Numbered from the stretch's first letter, positions 1 to 9,603 are shown. The stretch is DNA of 64,000 nucleotides from Nitrosopumilaceae archaeon (GCA_965214835.1 CBDCCK010000002.1:1184001-1248000), one strand, 5' to 3'. Notes: generated by a model from the letters alone, not told the origin. Numbers and translations: made by a program.

Positions 1-6
1 AAAAGG

Positions 7-1359
7 GTGTCGGCGGGAAGGTGGGGCCCAAGGGGGCAGCGCACGTTGCTGCTAGCGGCCGTACTTGTGGCCGCGGCACTCGGCCTGTCCACGTCGGGCG
101 TGCTTGTACACTGGGACGCGATGTCTGCATACTCTGAAGCGGTATCCTTTACGCTGCAAAACTATGCGGATTCTGACGCGCAAATAGTCATGCAGGATGT
201 TCATAAATCGTGGCTGTCAACTGTCTCCAACCTTACCGATTCAGGAACAGCAGGTGGTTTCTTTTACAACATATACCCAGAAAAAACCAAAAAGATCGTA
301 ATAGTAGACTTTGTCAGCGCAATCGAGCCGAATCAGCACGGATTGGTGGCCCAACTCGGCTATAGCAATGTAACGGCGTCTCCCAAAATGGATCAAAACA
401 GGCGACATGCTGAGATGCATGACAGCGGCAGCAGGGTGGCCGAGTTTGAGAATCCGCCAAGACCGGACACGTTGATACCGTCGATACTCCACAGGTACGG
501 CGACCGTAGCGTGGTGGTGACATGTGATCCGACGGACATTGTTGTCTACATATACTGCAAACTCCACAAGTTTGCCGACCGCGGCGTGGTGGTGACGGAG
601 TGGAACCCGCCAGGGTGGGCCACCATGTCCACGTACGGCCCCACCGGCCGGGCCCTTCACCTTGACGGTACCGCATATGTAACGCTTGCCGATACGCCCG
701 GCCTCGATCTTGGCGGGACCGATCCGTTCAGCATCGCCTTTTGGATCAAAATGACCGGCACCGGAGACCCCGACTCGTCGATCATATCAAAGGCAGAGGC
801 GGTCCGGCAGCAGGGAGTCACCGTGTGGGGCCACCCCGGCGGCGGGATCTTACTCCAGATGGCAGACGGCGCATCGTATGAGATCACCGTTGACACGTTC
901 TCCAGTGTATCGGACGGACGCTGGCACCACGTCGTGTTCACCTATGACGGCTCCGGGGACAGGGTCGGACTAGACGTGTACGTGGATGGGCGGATCGACA
1001 GTATGCGCTGGATCAGAACGTCACTGTCAGGATCCACCGCAAACGATCATCCGCTTGCGATAGGCGCCGGCAGCACCGGCAGGGGGACTGCGCAGGATAT
1101 CGTGCTGGATGATATCATGATATACTCGGCACAGCTGCCGGCAGGCTATGTATCAGACGTGCATGAATGCCACGTGGATGCAGCTGCCGTGTCTGCCACT
1201 AGAGATGTCGGAACAGTCGGCACACCCGCCGGCGATTATGCGTGCATGGGAGACTACAGTGATGCGCTCCTGGCACACCTTGAGTTTGAGGGAGACCTGT
1301 CGGACTCCTCGGGCAGCGGAAACGGCGGCACGGCGCACGGGGACGTCAGGTATACATAG
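7..1359 (+). CDS. Membrane-anchored/secreted protein with LamG-like (concanavalin A/laminin G3) domain
   Basis: N-terminal hydrophobic helix; ALHLDG..PFSIAFWIK..DGRWHHVVFTYDG..VYVDG..LAIGA..LDDIMIY motifs; start may lie outside the window. Confidence 0.75.
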   Translation: MSAGRWGPRGQRTLLLAAVLVAAALGLSTSGVLVHWDAMSAYSEAVSFTLQNYADSDAQIVMQDVHKSWLSTVSNLTDSGTAGGFFYNIYPEKTKKIVIVDFVSAIEPNQHGLVAQLGYSNVTASPKMDQNRRHAEMHDSGSRVAEFENPPRPDTLIPSILHRYGDRSVVVTCDPTDIVVYIYCKLHKFADRGVVVTEWNPPGWATMSTYGPTGRALHLDGTAYVTLADTPGLDLGGTDPFSIAFWIKMTGTGDPDSSIISKAEAVRQQGVTVWGHPGGGILLQMADGASYEITVDTFSSVSDGRWHHVVFTYDGSGDRVGLDVYVDGRIDSMRWIRTSLSGSTANDHPLAIGAGSTGRGTAQDIVLDDIMIYSAQLPAGYVSDVHECHVDAAAVSATRDVGTVGTPAGDYACMGDYSDALLAHLEFEGDLSDSSGSGNGGTAHGDVRYT

Positions 1360-1437
1360 CTAGGCACAGAGCCTGCAAAAGGCCGGATCATCGCCTGCCC
1401 AAGTGCAGCAACAAGTCTGCAGATGATGCCGTATCTC

Positions 1438-1528
1438 GTAAGAGTTTACCCCTTCCCGGAGATACGGTGTGGCAGGCGTGATCATGAAGGCTCTGGCCGG
1501 CAGTGTCGCCTGAGGGATAAACTCTTAC
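1438..1528. mobile_element. IS66-derived MITE (family A), copy 1
   Basis: Ends GTAAGAGTTTACCCC / GGGATAAACTCTTAC match the TIRs of the IS66 elements at 1931 and 17734; no TSD retained. Confidence 0.85.
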
Positions 1529-1537
1529 ACTGTCGGT

Positions 1538-1926
1538 CAGTCTTCCCAGAAGTACCGCATCAAACTATCATAGGCTCGAAACAATTCAGATGAGGCTGGG
1601 GACGTGAACACATACCAATCAAACATATGGCGTTAGCAAAAGATCCTACAAAAACTTATCATAACACCAAAAATGTGACGAATGCATAGATGGTTTGTAT
1701 CTGTTTGGAATATTAGATGACGGGGTAGGCAACAAAAAGTTAGAATTACAAGTTTTTCTTGACAAAGACAAAAACATTTTACATCTCATTTCAGTCCGCA
1801 AGATCAGTCTTCCCAAAAGTAACCCACAAAGCGATTCTAAAACTTGAAGCAGTTCAAACCAAGCTGCATACAGATCCGCATATGGCCACCTGCACCGCGA
1901 TGAGTCGGGTACATTTGGGAAGACTG
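1538..1926. mobile_element. ISH3-like non-autonomous element (family B) containing an inner 122-bp MITE (1805-1926)
   Basis: TIRs CAGTCTTCCCA.AAGTA / TACATTTGGGAAGACTG; 5-bp TSD TCGGT (1533-1537, and restored on the right once the IS66 and one TSD copy are removed). Confidence 0.7.
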
Positions 1927-1930
1927 TCGG

Positions 1931-3580
1931 GTATGAGTTTACCCCTCCCTATAGTTTAGGTTGAGTACGAGGCCAACTTTTGATCACCATCTGGATCCAT
2001 ATACGTCAAGACCACACCTGTATTCATTGCCTGATTCAGAGATCAAGATACTGCGCGACGAGCTGGCCCGCGTCATAGCCGAATCAGACAAGAAGGATGG
2101 AATCATCGCAGACAGGGATCGGGCAATAGTCGGGCTTGCCGAACAGCTGGCCGAGGCCTCGGTGACAATCCTGATGCAGACAGCACAGATCAACTGGTTC
2201 AAGCAAAAGGGGCCCGCCCCAGGGTGGCCAGAGGGCGAACCCCGGGGAGGGACGGCACCTGACGCGCAAACCGCGGCACTGGAAGCAGAAAACCAGCAGC
2301 TCAGACAGCACATCAGATATTACGAAAACCCTCACACCCCCTCATCGCAGAACTCTATTCCTACCCGGCAGAAAAAGGCCGCCGCGGCAAAGGCATCAGG
2401 TAATGTACCGGCACCTGCAAAGGCAAAGCCGGGCCGCAGACAGGGACACGAGGGGGTCTCACACGCCAGAAAACCGACCTTGTTTGTAAAGCACTGCCCC
2501 AAAAAGTGCGGCAAGTGCGGCAGCACCAACATGAAGAAGCCGAAAAAGATCTTCTCCAAGCTTGTGACCGATACCCCCAAGAGGCCCGAGCCGGTCACGA
2601 CACAGCACACCGCATACAGGCGCAAATGCGCCGACTGTGGCAACATGTGCATCGAAGACGACAGGTCATGGAACGTGCCGGGAACCGAGTTTGGACCAAA
2701 CATCACGGGGATGATGGCCGCAATACGCGTGGCACCTGCCTCCATACAGGCCACGGCCACACTGTGCTCAGAAATCCTAGGCATAGAAGTGTCAGAGGCA
2801 GGCGTGCTGCAGTGCCTGAGGGCCGGCGCCAATGCGATAAAGCCCGGCGTAGAGAGCATCAGGCAGGCCATCAGGGATTCTGATTATCTGCATATTGACG
2901 AGACTGCCATGCCATACAACGGCAGGACGGCCCGCATATGGGTGGTCGTGGGCAGGAACAGGGACGGCACCGTCGCCGGCGTCCACACGCTGGCCGCACC
3001 CAGTAGGGGCAGGGCCGTAGTTGACATGAACTTTCCGTATTATGACAAACCGGTCACAGTCGACGGGTACGGCGTATACGCCGCATTCAAGACCAGGCAG
3101 TGGTGCTGGGCACACATACTCCGGGAGGCCAGGGAGGCCGGCAAGACCTCCCGGAAGGCCCACGCGCTGTATGGTACACTCAAGAAAAAGTTCATCCATG
3201 CCAAGGGGCTGGGGCCGCCGGAGGAGGAGGGCGCCGCCCGGCACGACATGCTGGTGGCAGAAACGCGCGGGCTGGCCGAGGCATTCGGCAGGGAGGCCGG
3301 ATGCGAGAGCTTTGCCACAAAGCTTGGGAACGCCTCGGAATTTCTCTACACGTTCACATTGCATCCAGGCATGGAGCCCACCAACAACCTGGCCGAGCGC
3401 ATGCTGAGGCCGTCCGTAATTGCGCGCAAGGTATTCCAAGGACTCCGTACCATGGAAGGCATGGAGATGTTCACCGTATTGATGACGTGCGCGATGAATT
3501 GGCGCGCCCGGGGGTGCGGCGTGAGGGAAATGCTCGTCAAGACCCTGACTGGCAGCGTCGCCTGAGGGGTAAACTCGTAC
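1931..3580 (+). mobile_element. IS66-family element (single-ORF, ISBst12-like), copy 1
   Basis: TIRs GTATGAGTTTACCCC / GGGGTAAACTCGTAC; perfect 9-bp TSD GACTGTCGG (1922-1930, 3581-3589). Confidence 0.92.
1961..3565 (+). CDS. IS66 family transposase (TnpC-like)
   Basis: Coiled coil, KPGRRQGHEG, CxxC zinc finger, HIDET, VDGYGVY, QWCWAHILR, PTNNLAERMLR; real start may be TTG ~2027. Confidence 0.92.
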   Translation: MSTRPTFDHHLDPYTSRPHLYSLPDSEIKILRDELARVIAESDKKDGIIADRDRAIVGLAEQLAEASVTILMQTAQINWFKQKGPAPGWPEGEPRGGTAPDAQTAALEAENQQLRQHIRYYENPHTPSSQNSIPTRQKKAAAAKASGNVPAPAKAKPGRRQGHEGVSHARKPTLFVKHCPKKCGKCGSTNMKKPKKIFSKLVTDTPKRPEPVTTQHTAYRRKCADCGNMCIEDDRSWNVPGTEFGPNITGMMAAIRVAPASIQATATLCSEILGIEVSEAGVLQCLRAGANAIKPGVESIRQAIRDSDYLHIDETAMPYNGRTARIWVVVGRNRDGTVAGVHTLAAPSRGRAVVDMNFPYYDKPVTVDGYGVYAAFKTRQWCWAHILREAREAGKTSRKAHALYGTLKKKFIHAKGLGPPEEEGAARHDMLVAETRGLAEAFGREAGCESFATKLGNASEFLYTFTLHPGMEPTNNLAERMLRPSVIARKVFQGLRTMEGMEMFTVLMTCAMNWRARGCGVREMLVKTLTGSVA

Positions 3581-3616
3581 GACTGTCGGTGGACTAAATT
3601 ATAAATATACATCAAA

Positions 3617-4822
3617 ATGACACGTATCATGATTTCAAGGGTGGCAGTATTGTCGGCACTTCTCACACTTTTCATTGTTTTGGTTCCTGTATATGTCCAA
3701 GCGGACTTGCCGCCGCCGTCCGCACAGCAGATCAACGCAACCACACCCGAGGTAATGCACCATAGCGTGTTGCTCTTGGATCATCTTGACGTTAATTTTG
3801 ATGATGGCTCTGATGGGAATTTTGTATTTGCATATAGTATCAGCCAGCCAAAAACACCAGAAATCATGACCCACGGCATAGTCGACGGACACTATCAGAT
3901 CGTAATGGATGTGGTTAGGGAGTGGACCTATATAGGTTCAAGTACATATGCCCACATATCGTCGCCCCCGATTGATCCACGCACCACAGAGTTTCTAGTA
4001 GACATACTTGGCAAAAACATCAAAGGTGAAGGAGGCGAGGCATTGGCTGGCGGGACCGTAGGCTACGGCATTATCTACGATCTTGACAACAACGAGGAAA
4101 AATCGATCTTGGTGAGAACCCACACAAGAGACAACAAGCCGTCGACTGTCTTTAGCTATATAAACGATACAGGTTCAGTCACGTCCCCGACTGTAACACT
4201 AAATGACATAGCCCTTACCAACACATGGAAATCCGTTACCGGCGATGTAAAATCCATGTATGAGGATAATGGCCTTGGTGACTATGACTCTGACGTGGAA
4301 AGCTGGAGGCTGTATCTGGGCGGTTCCACATACACATCTCAGATCAACGGGAGGTCAAACTCCTTTACCGGGCAATTTGACAATATCTTGATCACACCAA
4401 AAGTAACAAACAGAGATCTGCAAAACCAGCTGACTGGCATGCAAAAGTTATTGACCGACGTGCTGGAGCGACTGGATGCGTTAAGGCACCTCACCCTTGA
4501 GGTAACCCAATCCATACCTGATGACATCACGACACAGGTAACGTCATACAACATGACGCAGATAAACGAGCTGTTTTCTGCAACACTCTATACGCCACAC
4601 AGCCCTGTTAGCGCAATAACGCTAGAGTTCACCCGTTCCCCGATTACGCCAGTGTTCGTGGAAATATCTGCACAGCAAGACAGATTCAGGCTGGATCTTG
4701 ACAGTGATGTCACTGCCCACATGATATCCTTTTCCCGACCGGTAACATACGAACAGGTAAGCATAACAGTGGATAATGTCCAGCACGACAACGTACTCGA
4801 GGTTGGACTTGCGTACCCGTGA
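3617..4822 (+). CDS. Hypothetical secreted/membrane-anchored beta-rich protein
   Basis: 401-aa ORF, signal-peptide-like N-terminus, TATA-like TTATAAATA upstream; no family recognised. Confidence 0.65.
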   Translation: MTRIMISRVAVLSALLTLFIVLVPVYVQADLPPPSAQQINATTPEVMHHSVLLLDHLDVNFDDGSDGNFVFAYSISQPKTPEIMTHGIVDGHYQIVMDVVREWTYIGSSTYAHISSPPIDPRTTEFLVDILGKNIKGEGGEALAGGTVGYGIIYDLDNNEEKSILVRTHTRDNKPSTVFSYINDTGSVTSPTVTLNDIALTNTWKSVTGDVKSMYEDNGLGDYDSDVESWRLYLGGSTYTSQINGRSNSFTGQFDNILITPKVTNRDLQNQLTGMQKLLTDVLERLDALRHLTLEVTQSIPDDITTQVTSYNMTQINELFSATLYTPHSPVSAITLEFTRSPITPVFVEISAQQDRFRLDLDSDVTAHMISFSRPVTYEQVSITVDNVQHDNVLEVGLAYP

Positions 4823-4872
4823 TCCTTTTTTTATGCTCGTCAGATCCGCTCCAAACATATCGCTAGAGGTTT

Positions 4873-4951
4873 CGACCTTGTGCATATTTGCCAAAAATGA
4901 CGCAAAAGCTGCCTGGTTTTTTTGATCTGCGCCGATTACGCATAAGGTCTA
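4873..4951. mobile_element. IS5-derived MITE (family C), copy 1
   Basis: Ends GACCTTGTGCATA / TTACGCATAAGGTCTA; reverse complement of 9526-9603; same TIR as IS5 remnant end at 28471-28484. Confidence 0.7.
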
Positions 4952-5043
4952 ATATTCACTAAATCACGACAGGATTAAGTCGGGGAGCTGTTACCCGAAT
5001 GAACATTATATGACTTAATAGTTGGGCCTCATCGAGTTCAGAC

Positions 5044-5850
5044 ATGAAGAAAAACGTCGTGGCCGGACTGGGCGAGATCGGCGCTCCGATTTTAAAGCTG
5101 ATTTCAAGGCACTTTCTGTCTGTCGGCTATGACGTTGATGCCTCCCTTATGAAGACGAGGCAGTTCTCCAGGCTGGAAAAGGTGCCGGTCTCCTTCCTCC
5201 ACGTCTGCATTCCGTTTGATAAAAAATTCGACTCCAGCATAGCATCGCTGTACAAAAAATTCCGGCCCGAAATCATCGTAATTCACAGCACCATCCCGCC
5301 CCACACCACGAAAAGACTGCAGAAAAAACTTCCCTGCCCGGTTGTATATAGTGCCACCCGCGGGGTCCACAAGCGAATGTTAATCGACCTTAAACGCTAC
5401 ACAAAGTTTTTTGCAGTTGAAAAGACAGGCCCCAAATCCGAGTGGGCCGCCAGAAGATACTCTGCCCTGCTGCAAAAATGCAATGTAAAGCCCAGACGGA
5501 TGAGGGATCCGGTGACCCTTGAGCTGGCAAAAATCATCGTCGATACCACGTACTATGGGTGGCTGATCAACTATGCGCAGCTGAGCAGCATGATTGCCCA
5601 AAAATACGGCGTCGACTATGACGAAATGTGGAGCTTCTCAGACGACATTCACAGGCTTTTGGGAAACCGGCCGAAAATGTTCCCAGGGTTCATCGGGGGC
5701 CACTGTGTCATTCCGAACCTGAGGCTGATTGACGAGGATGACTTTTGGCAGATTGACAAGATAAACAACGCCTATGCAAGAAGGGTGAAAAACGCAAAGT
5801 CCATCGCCAAAAAGTATGTCAGGAGCAGACAGTCCTACGATGGCGCATAA
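5044..5850 (+). CDS. UDP-glucose/GDP-mannose dehydrogenase family protein (short form)
   Basis: VAGLGEIG Rossmann motif, HSTIPP, ELAKI, FIGGHCVIP catalytic Cys motif. Confidence 0.8.
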   Translation: MKKNVVAGLGEIGAPILKLISRHFLSVGYDVDASLMKTRQFSRLEKVPVSFLHVCIPFDKKFDSSIASLYKKFRPEIIVIHSTIPPHTTKRLQKKLPCPVVYSATRGVHKRMLIDLKRYTKFFAVEKTGPKSEWAARRYSALLQKCNVKPRRMRDPVTLELAKIIVDTTYYGWLINYAQLSSMIAQKYGVDYDEMWSFSDDIHRLLGNRPKMFPGFIGGHCVIPNLRLIDEDDFWQIDKINNAYARRVKNAKSIAKKYVRSRQSYDGA

Positions 5851-6185
5851 TCTGAGGCTGTCGGGATCTTGTGCCACAGTGCCGGGTGCGAGTCTGCATG
5901 CCCCGTGCCAAAAAACAGCGAAGTGAAACGTGCCAAAAAACCGAGCAAAGACATAGACCGGGCAAGAGACACGGTGACTCCAACATGCCCAATAACAAGA
6001 CAAAAAACAACAATCCCGGCATGTGGTCACCTACCCATATCAATCAGGCACGAATTGGTATGTGTGATTATGATTTCCATGCCTGGCCAACATGGGATGT
6101 GGCCTCATATTGTTACACATCGTGGTTTTCGACCTCCTGTCTTGCAGTGTCAGGATGTCTCCCACGCACATGTTTCATATGAAAA

Positions 6186-6680
6186 TTAGTTCCGCCTAAC
6201 ATTTGTATCCTTCTCCATCCATTCCGGGTCGCTTTTCCTGATCGCTTTTGTGGCCTCCCTGCCCCGGAACGCCATCCTGGGCGTCTCGGTGCGCCCCATG
6301 TCAAGCGACCAGTGCGTCCTGCGCTCGTTGTAGAACTCGATGAACTCGTCTATCTTGGCAAAGTCCGCCAGCTCCCTCTCAAGCGTCCCAAACCACCTCT
6401 CCAGCTTGTAGTTGGTCTGCGGATGGTACGGGCGCGAGTTGAGCAGCATGATGTTGCGCTCCAGCAGCTCGTCCTCAAACAGCGTGGGCGTCCAGCTGCC
6501 CCTGGGGGTGCCGCGCCTGGCCGACGTAAAGCAGCTGCCGTTGTCCGAGAGTATCTGGGCCGGCGTCCCGAACTGCCTGATTGCCTTGCGCAGCACCAGG
6601 ACTGCGTTCTCCGAGGTCGCGTGCTCAAAGACGCCGAACCCGGTTATGCACCGCGAGGAATCGTCAAGATACGCCTGCCA
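6186..6680 (-). pseudogene. IS481 transposase, C-terminal integrase core fragment
   Basis: ILSDNGSCF, RPYHPQTNYKLERWF, FYNERRTHWSL..TP. Confidence 0.8.
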
Positions 6681-6842
6681 GATTGAGCTTTTTCAGGCGT
6701 GGATCCCTCATTTCGTGCCAGTCTGTGTGCCACATTGCGTTGGAATACATGCGCTCATAGCGCAGCCATTTGGTGAGGACCCCAAAAAAGAAGGAACGAT
6801 CTGCAATGCACACTTTTTGAATAAGGAGGTCGAATTACAAAT

Positions 6843-7133
6843 ATGACAAAGAAAATATGGAGTACGCAGGACAAGATAGGGATAGTCATGGAGCATCTCA
6901 ATACTAACATCGAGACGGCAGAGCTGTGCCGTCGCCACAACCTCTCCCCCAGGACGTTTTACCAGTGGAGGAAACGCTTTTTGCAGGGCGGACGCGCATC
7001 GCTGTCAGGCAGCGGCCCTGCAACGGCCGAAGGCAGGCTCCAAAAGGAGAACGAGTCGCTCAAAAACATCATCGGCGAGTATGCCATAGCCAATGCGCTT
7101 TTAAAAAAAACCTTGGAGGCAGGCAAAAGGTGA
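6843..7133 (+). CDS. IS3 transposase OrfA (HTH)
   Basis: AELCRRHNLSPRTFYQWRKRF HTH plus leucine zipper ending LLKK. Confidence 0.88.
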   Translation: MTKKIWSTQDKIGIVMEHLNTNIETAELCRRHNLSPRTFYQWRKRFLQGGRASLSGSGPATAEGRLQKENESLKNIIGEYAIANALLKKTLEAGKR

Positions 7134-7981
7134 ACATTGCAATACTGCCAAGGGAGAGGGGCTGGAGCATGGACAAGACACTGCAGTACAGCGGTGCCTC
7201 CAGAACTGCGTGGTACCACGTAAAAAAGCCGCAAAAGCCGACAGAACCGGATCCGCAGACGGTCTTGCTTGTCAGGGAGATTGGCAACAAGAGGCCCACA
7301 TACGGCACGCGCCGCATGGCAGCCCAGATAAGACGCGAGACCGGCGTGCCGACAAACCGCAAAAAGATACAGCAGATATACCGCAAGATAGGCTGGATCA
7401 CGCCTAAAAAGACCAAAAACGACATAATAAGAGCCGGAAGAAGGGACAGGTTCAAGCCCACAGGGCCAAACCAGCTGTGGGAGACTGACATCACGTACGT
7501 CTGGTGCGGCGTTGACGGGTGGTGCTACTGCTTTAACGTAATTGATACGTTCACCAGGAAGTGGATAACATACGTCTTTGACACGCAGGCCACCGCACAG
7601 GTCGCAGTCGAATCGCTGACAAAGGCAGTCTCCACGATTTCGGCAGACGAAGCGCGCGGCCTGCTGGTCAGAAGTGACAACGGCGTCCAGTATACGAGCC
7701 GCGAATTCAAGGAAAGCATGAAGGCGCTTGGGGTAAGGTGCGAATACATCTGGCACAACACGCCCGAGCAGAACGGACATGTCGAGTCCTTCCATAAGAC
7801 CCTCAAAAAGGAGTACGTCTGGCCGCACGACTTTGCCAGGTTCCAGGATGCCGAGGTCGTCCTGGCAGAGGCGTTTGCGGACTACAACCAGGACAGGATC
7901 CATTCGGCGCTGGGATACCTGACACCAGACGAGTTTGTCCGAAAAACCCAGAAAAGACAGGAGGAGGTGCCTCAAAAATGA
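7130..7981 (+). CDS. IS3 transposase OrfB (DDE), probably fused to OrfA by -1 frameshift
   Basis: PNQLWETDITY, RSDNGVQY, NGHVESFHKTLKKE, HSALGYLTP; -1 frame relative to OrfA; A8 run at 7103-7110. Confidence 0.88.
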   Translation: MNIAILPRERGWSMDKTLQYSGASRTAWYHVKKPQKPTEPDPQTVLLVREIGNKRPTYGTRRMAAQIRRETGVPTNRKKIQQIYRKIGWITPKKTKNDIIRAGRRDRFKPTGPNQLWETDITYVWCGVDGWCYCFNVIDTFTRKWITYVFDTQATAQVAVESLTKAVSTISADEARGLLVRSDNGVQYTSREFKESMKALGVRCEYIWHNTPEQNGHVESFHKTLKKEYVWPHDFARFQDAEVVLAEAFADYNQDRIHSALGYLTPDEFVRKTQKRQEEVPQK

Positions 7982-8041
7982 GCGATCAGAGTGTGCATAA
8001 AATGTCGCCAAAATCGTTCCTACTCATAGGGATCCACTCCA

Positions 8042-8445
8042 CATTTGAGCTGTCCGGATCTTCCGGGCGAGCTGTCCGTGATTCCCTCGGCCTTCATGAT
8101 CCTGTATGCGGTATAGTAGCTTATCTGCATGCCTGAGGCCCTCATGCGCAATGCCAGCCGCTCCGCACCCGACGGCATCTGGGAATATGCATCAAGGACC
8201 GCCTTGACATCCACGGGATCTGCATCCCTGCCTGGCCTTCCGACTTTGCGCTGTGGCAGAGCCGTGCCGGAGCTTCTGAACCTGGCCCATATCTTCCTGA
8301 CGTATCTGTCGCTGATGCCCAGCTCCCGGGCTATCTGCGTGGCCGGCACGCCCTTTCTTCTCTGCCTTTCTATGTACCGGAGCGACTTTTTCCCCAGTCT
8401 TTTCCTCGCATTTTTTGATCGGTAGAGTCTAAAATAATCCTTCAA
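8042..8445 (-). pseudogene. IS481 transposase N-terminal HTH fragment
   Basis: IARELGISDRYVRKIWARF HTH; cut by IS3 right end. Confidence 0.75.
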
Positions 8446-8561
8446 AGTACGCCTGATCTTAGGCGGAACTAATTTTCGTATGATAGACCAACTCCAACTA
8501 GTCGTGCATGTTTATATAGCAAATTCGCGATCTTTATAGCATATACAGAAAAGGTGATTGC

Positions 8562-8828
8562 ATGTCTCAAATTTTAACCGATGAACAACAAGAAATGTAT
8601 AATTTTGGTTATTATGCACGTTCGACATCCGAATCTAGACAAACCTTTGTTGTTACTCTTGAAGACGGTGAAGATGGTTGGATTGTTGCAAGATGTCCAG
8701 AACTAAACGCCGTAACGCAGGGAAGAACTATTGAAGAAGCTGAAAAGAACATGATCGAAGCCATCGAGGTATCACTAGAAGACGAACATAAACAATTTAG
8801 TATTTCTGCCAAGCGACTATATGAGTGA
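8562..8828 (+). CDS. hicB: HicB-family antitoxin
   Basis: GEDGWIVARCPELNAVTQGRTIEEAEKNMIEAI. Confidence 0.85.
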   Translation: MSQILTDEQQEMYNFGYYARSTSESRQTFVVTLEDGEDGWIVARCPELNAVTQGRTIEEAEKNMIEAIEVSLEDEHKQFSISAKRLYE

Positions 8829-9046
8829 CTGAATTACCTGTTATTTCTGGCGGCGAGGCAATTAAAATTTTAGCTAACAGATTCGGGTTCAAAATAAAAA
8901 AACAACGAGGGAGCCATGTTAAAATGATTCATCCTGATGGAAGAAAAACCACCGTACCATTACATCCAGAATTAGATCGGGGCACTCTAAAATCTGCATT
9001 AGGCTTTGCACAAGTGGATATAGAAGAGTTTAAACGACATATCTGA
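8825..9046 (+). CDS. hicA: HicA-family mRNA interferase toxin
   Basis: GFKIKKQRGSHVKM..TVPLHPELDRGTL; start overlaps hicB stop. Confidence 0.88.
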   Translation: MTELPVISGGEAIKILANRFGFKIKKQRGSHVKMIHPDGRKTTVPLHPELDRGTLKSALGFAQVDIEEFKRHI

Positions 9047-9058
9047 ATTAAAAAAATT

Positions 9059-9505
9059 ATGTCTTATACCGAAGAAAAAGAGACAGATTTTGTTGTTGTA
9101 AAAGAAGATTACAGTAGATTTCTTTGTAAAGATGGAACATTAATCAAAGCAAAAATTGTAGTTAAAAAAATATTTTTTCATCCACAAAAAACACCAGAAG
9201 GATATCCTGTTGGGGTTGGATTAGACACTTCTAACTCGGTATCTGCACTAGTGCCTGATGCTCTAAAAAGAGATCCGTCTGCCGAGTCTTGGAATCCGCA
9301 AATTGATAAAGGTGAAGAAATTCCATTTGACGAACAGCAAGTGCAAACACAAGAATACGTAACTCCTGATGGTTTTCGAATAACAGTAAGGCCCGTAGTT
9401 ACAAAAATCCTGCGATATGGCAAATATAATGCTCGTCGTGAACCTGTATATAGCGTAAATATTCAGGCCATTACCAACATAGACAAGATGGAAAGTACTG
9501 CATAA
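9059..9505 (+). CDS. Uncharacterised protein with internal two-fold repeat
   Basis: 12 bp downstream of hicA; two similar ~55-aa halves; resembles 28715-29230. Confidence 0.75.
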   Translation: MSYTEEKETDFVVVKEDYSRFLCKDGTLIKAKIVVKKIFFHPQKTPEGYPVGVGLDTSNSVSALVPDALKRDPSAESWNPQIDKGEEIPFDEQQVQTQEYVTPDGFRITVRPVVTKILRYGKYNARREPVYSVNIQAITNIDKMESTA

Positions 9506-9525
9506 TCCTCAGATTCCTAATCATC

Positions 9526-9603
9526 AGACCTTGTGCGCAATCGGCGTAGATCAAAAAAATCAGGCGGCCTTTGCGTCGCTTTTGGCAAATGCGCACAGGG
9601 TTT
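9526..9603. mobile_element. IS5-derived MITE (family C), copy 2
   Basis: Reverse-complement homologue of 4873-4951. Confidence 0.7.

Larger units (their letters stand above)
6771..8041 (+). mobile_element. IS3-family element
   Basis: TG...CA ends, imperfect TIRs TGGTGAGGACCCC..AGGAACGAT / TGGAGTGGATCCC..AGGAACGAT; 4-bp TSD CATT. Confidence 0.88.
6171..8487 (-). mobile_element. IS481-family element disrupted by an IS3 insertion
   Basis: ~25-bp TIRs TCATAYGAAAATTAGTTCCGCCTAA at 6175-6199 and 8459-8483; TGT end at 6171. Confidence 0.8.

Noticed and set aside
5869-6170. ORFs 5869-6189 / 5871-6182
   Set aside because: Composition is not protein-like and they run into the IS481 end.
6959-8011. 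350-aa minus-strand ORF
   Set aside because: Antisense shadow of the IS3 transposase; no motifs. The same applies to the many antisense ORFs over IS66, IS630 (35834-36703), lysC (43828-44616) and the radical SAM gene.
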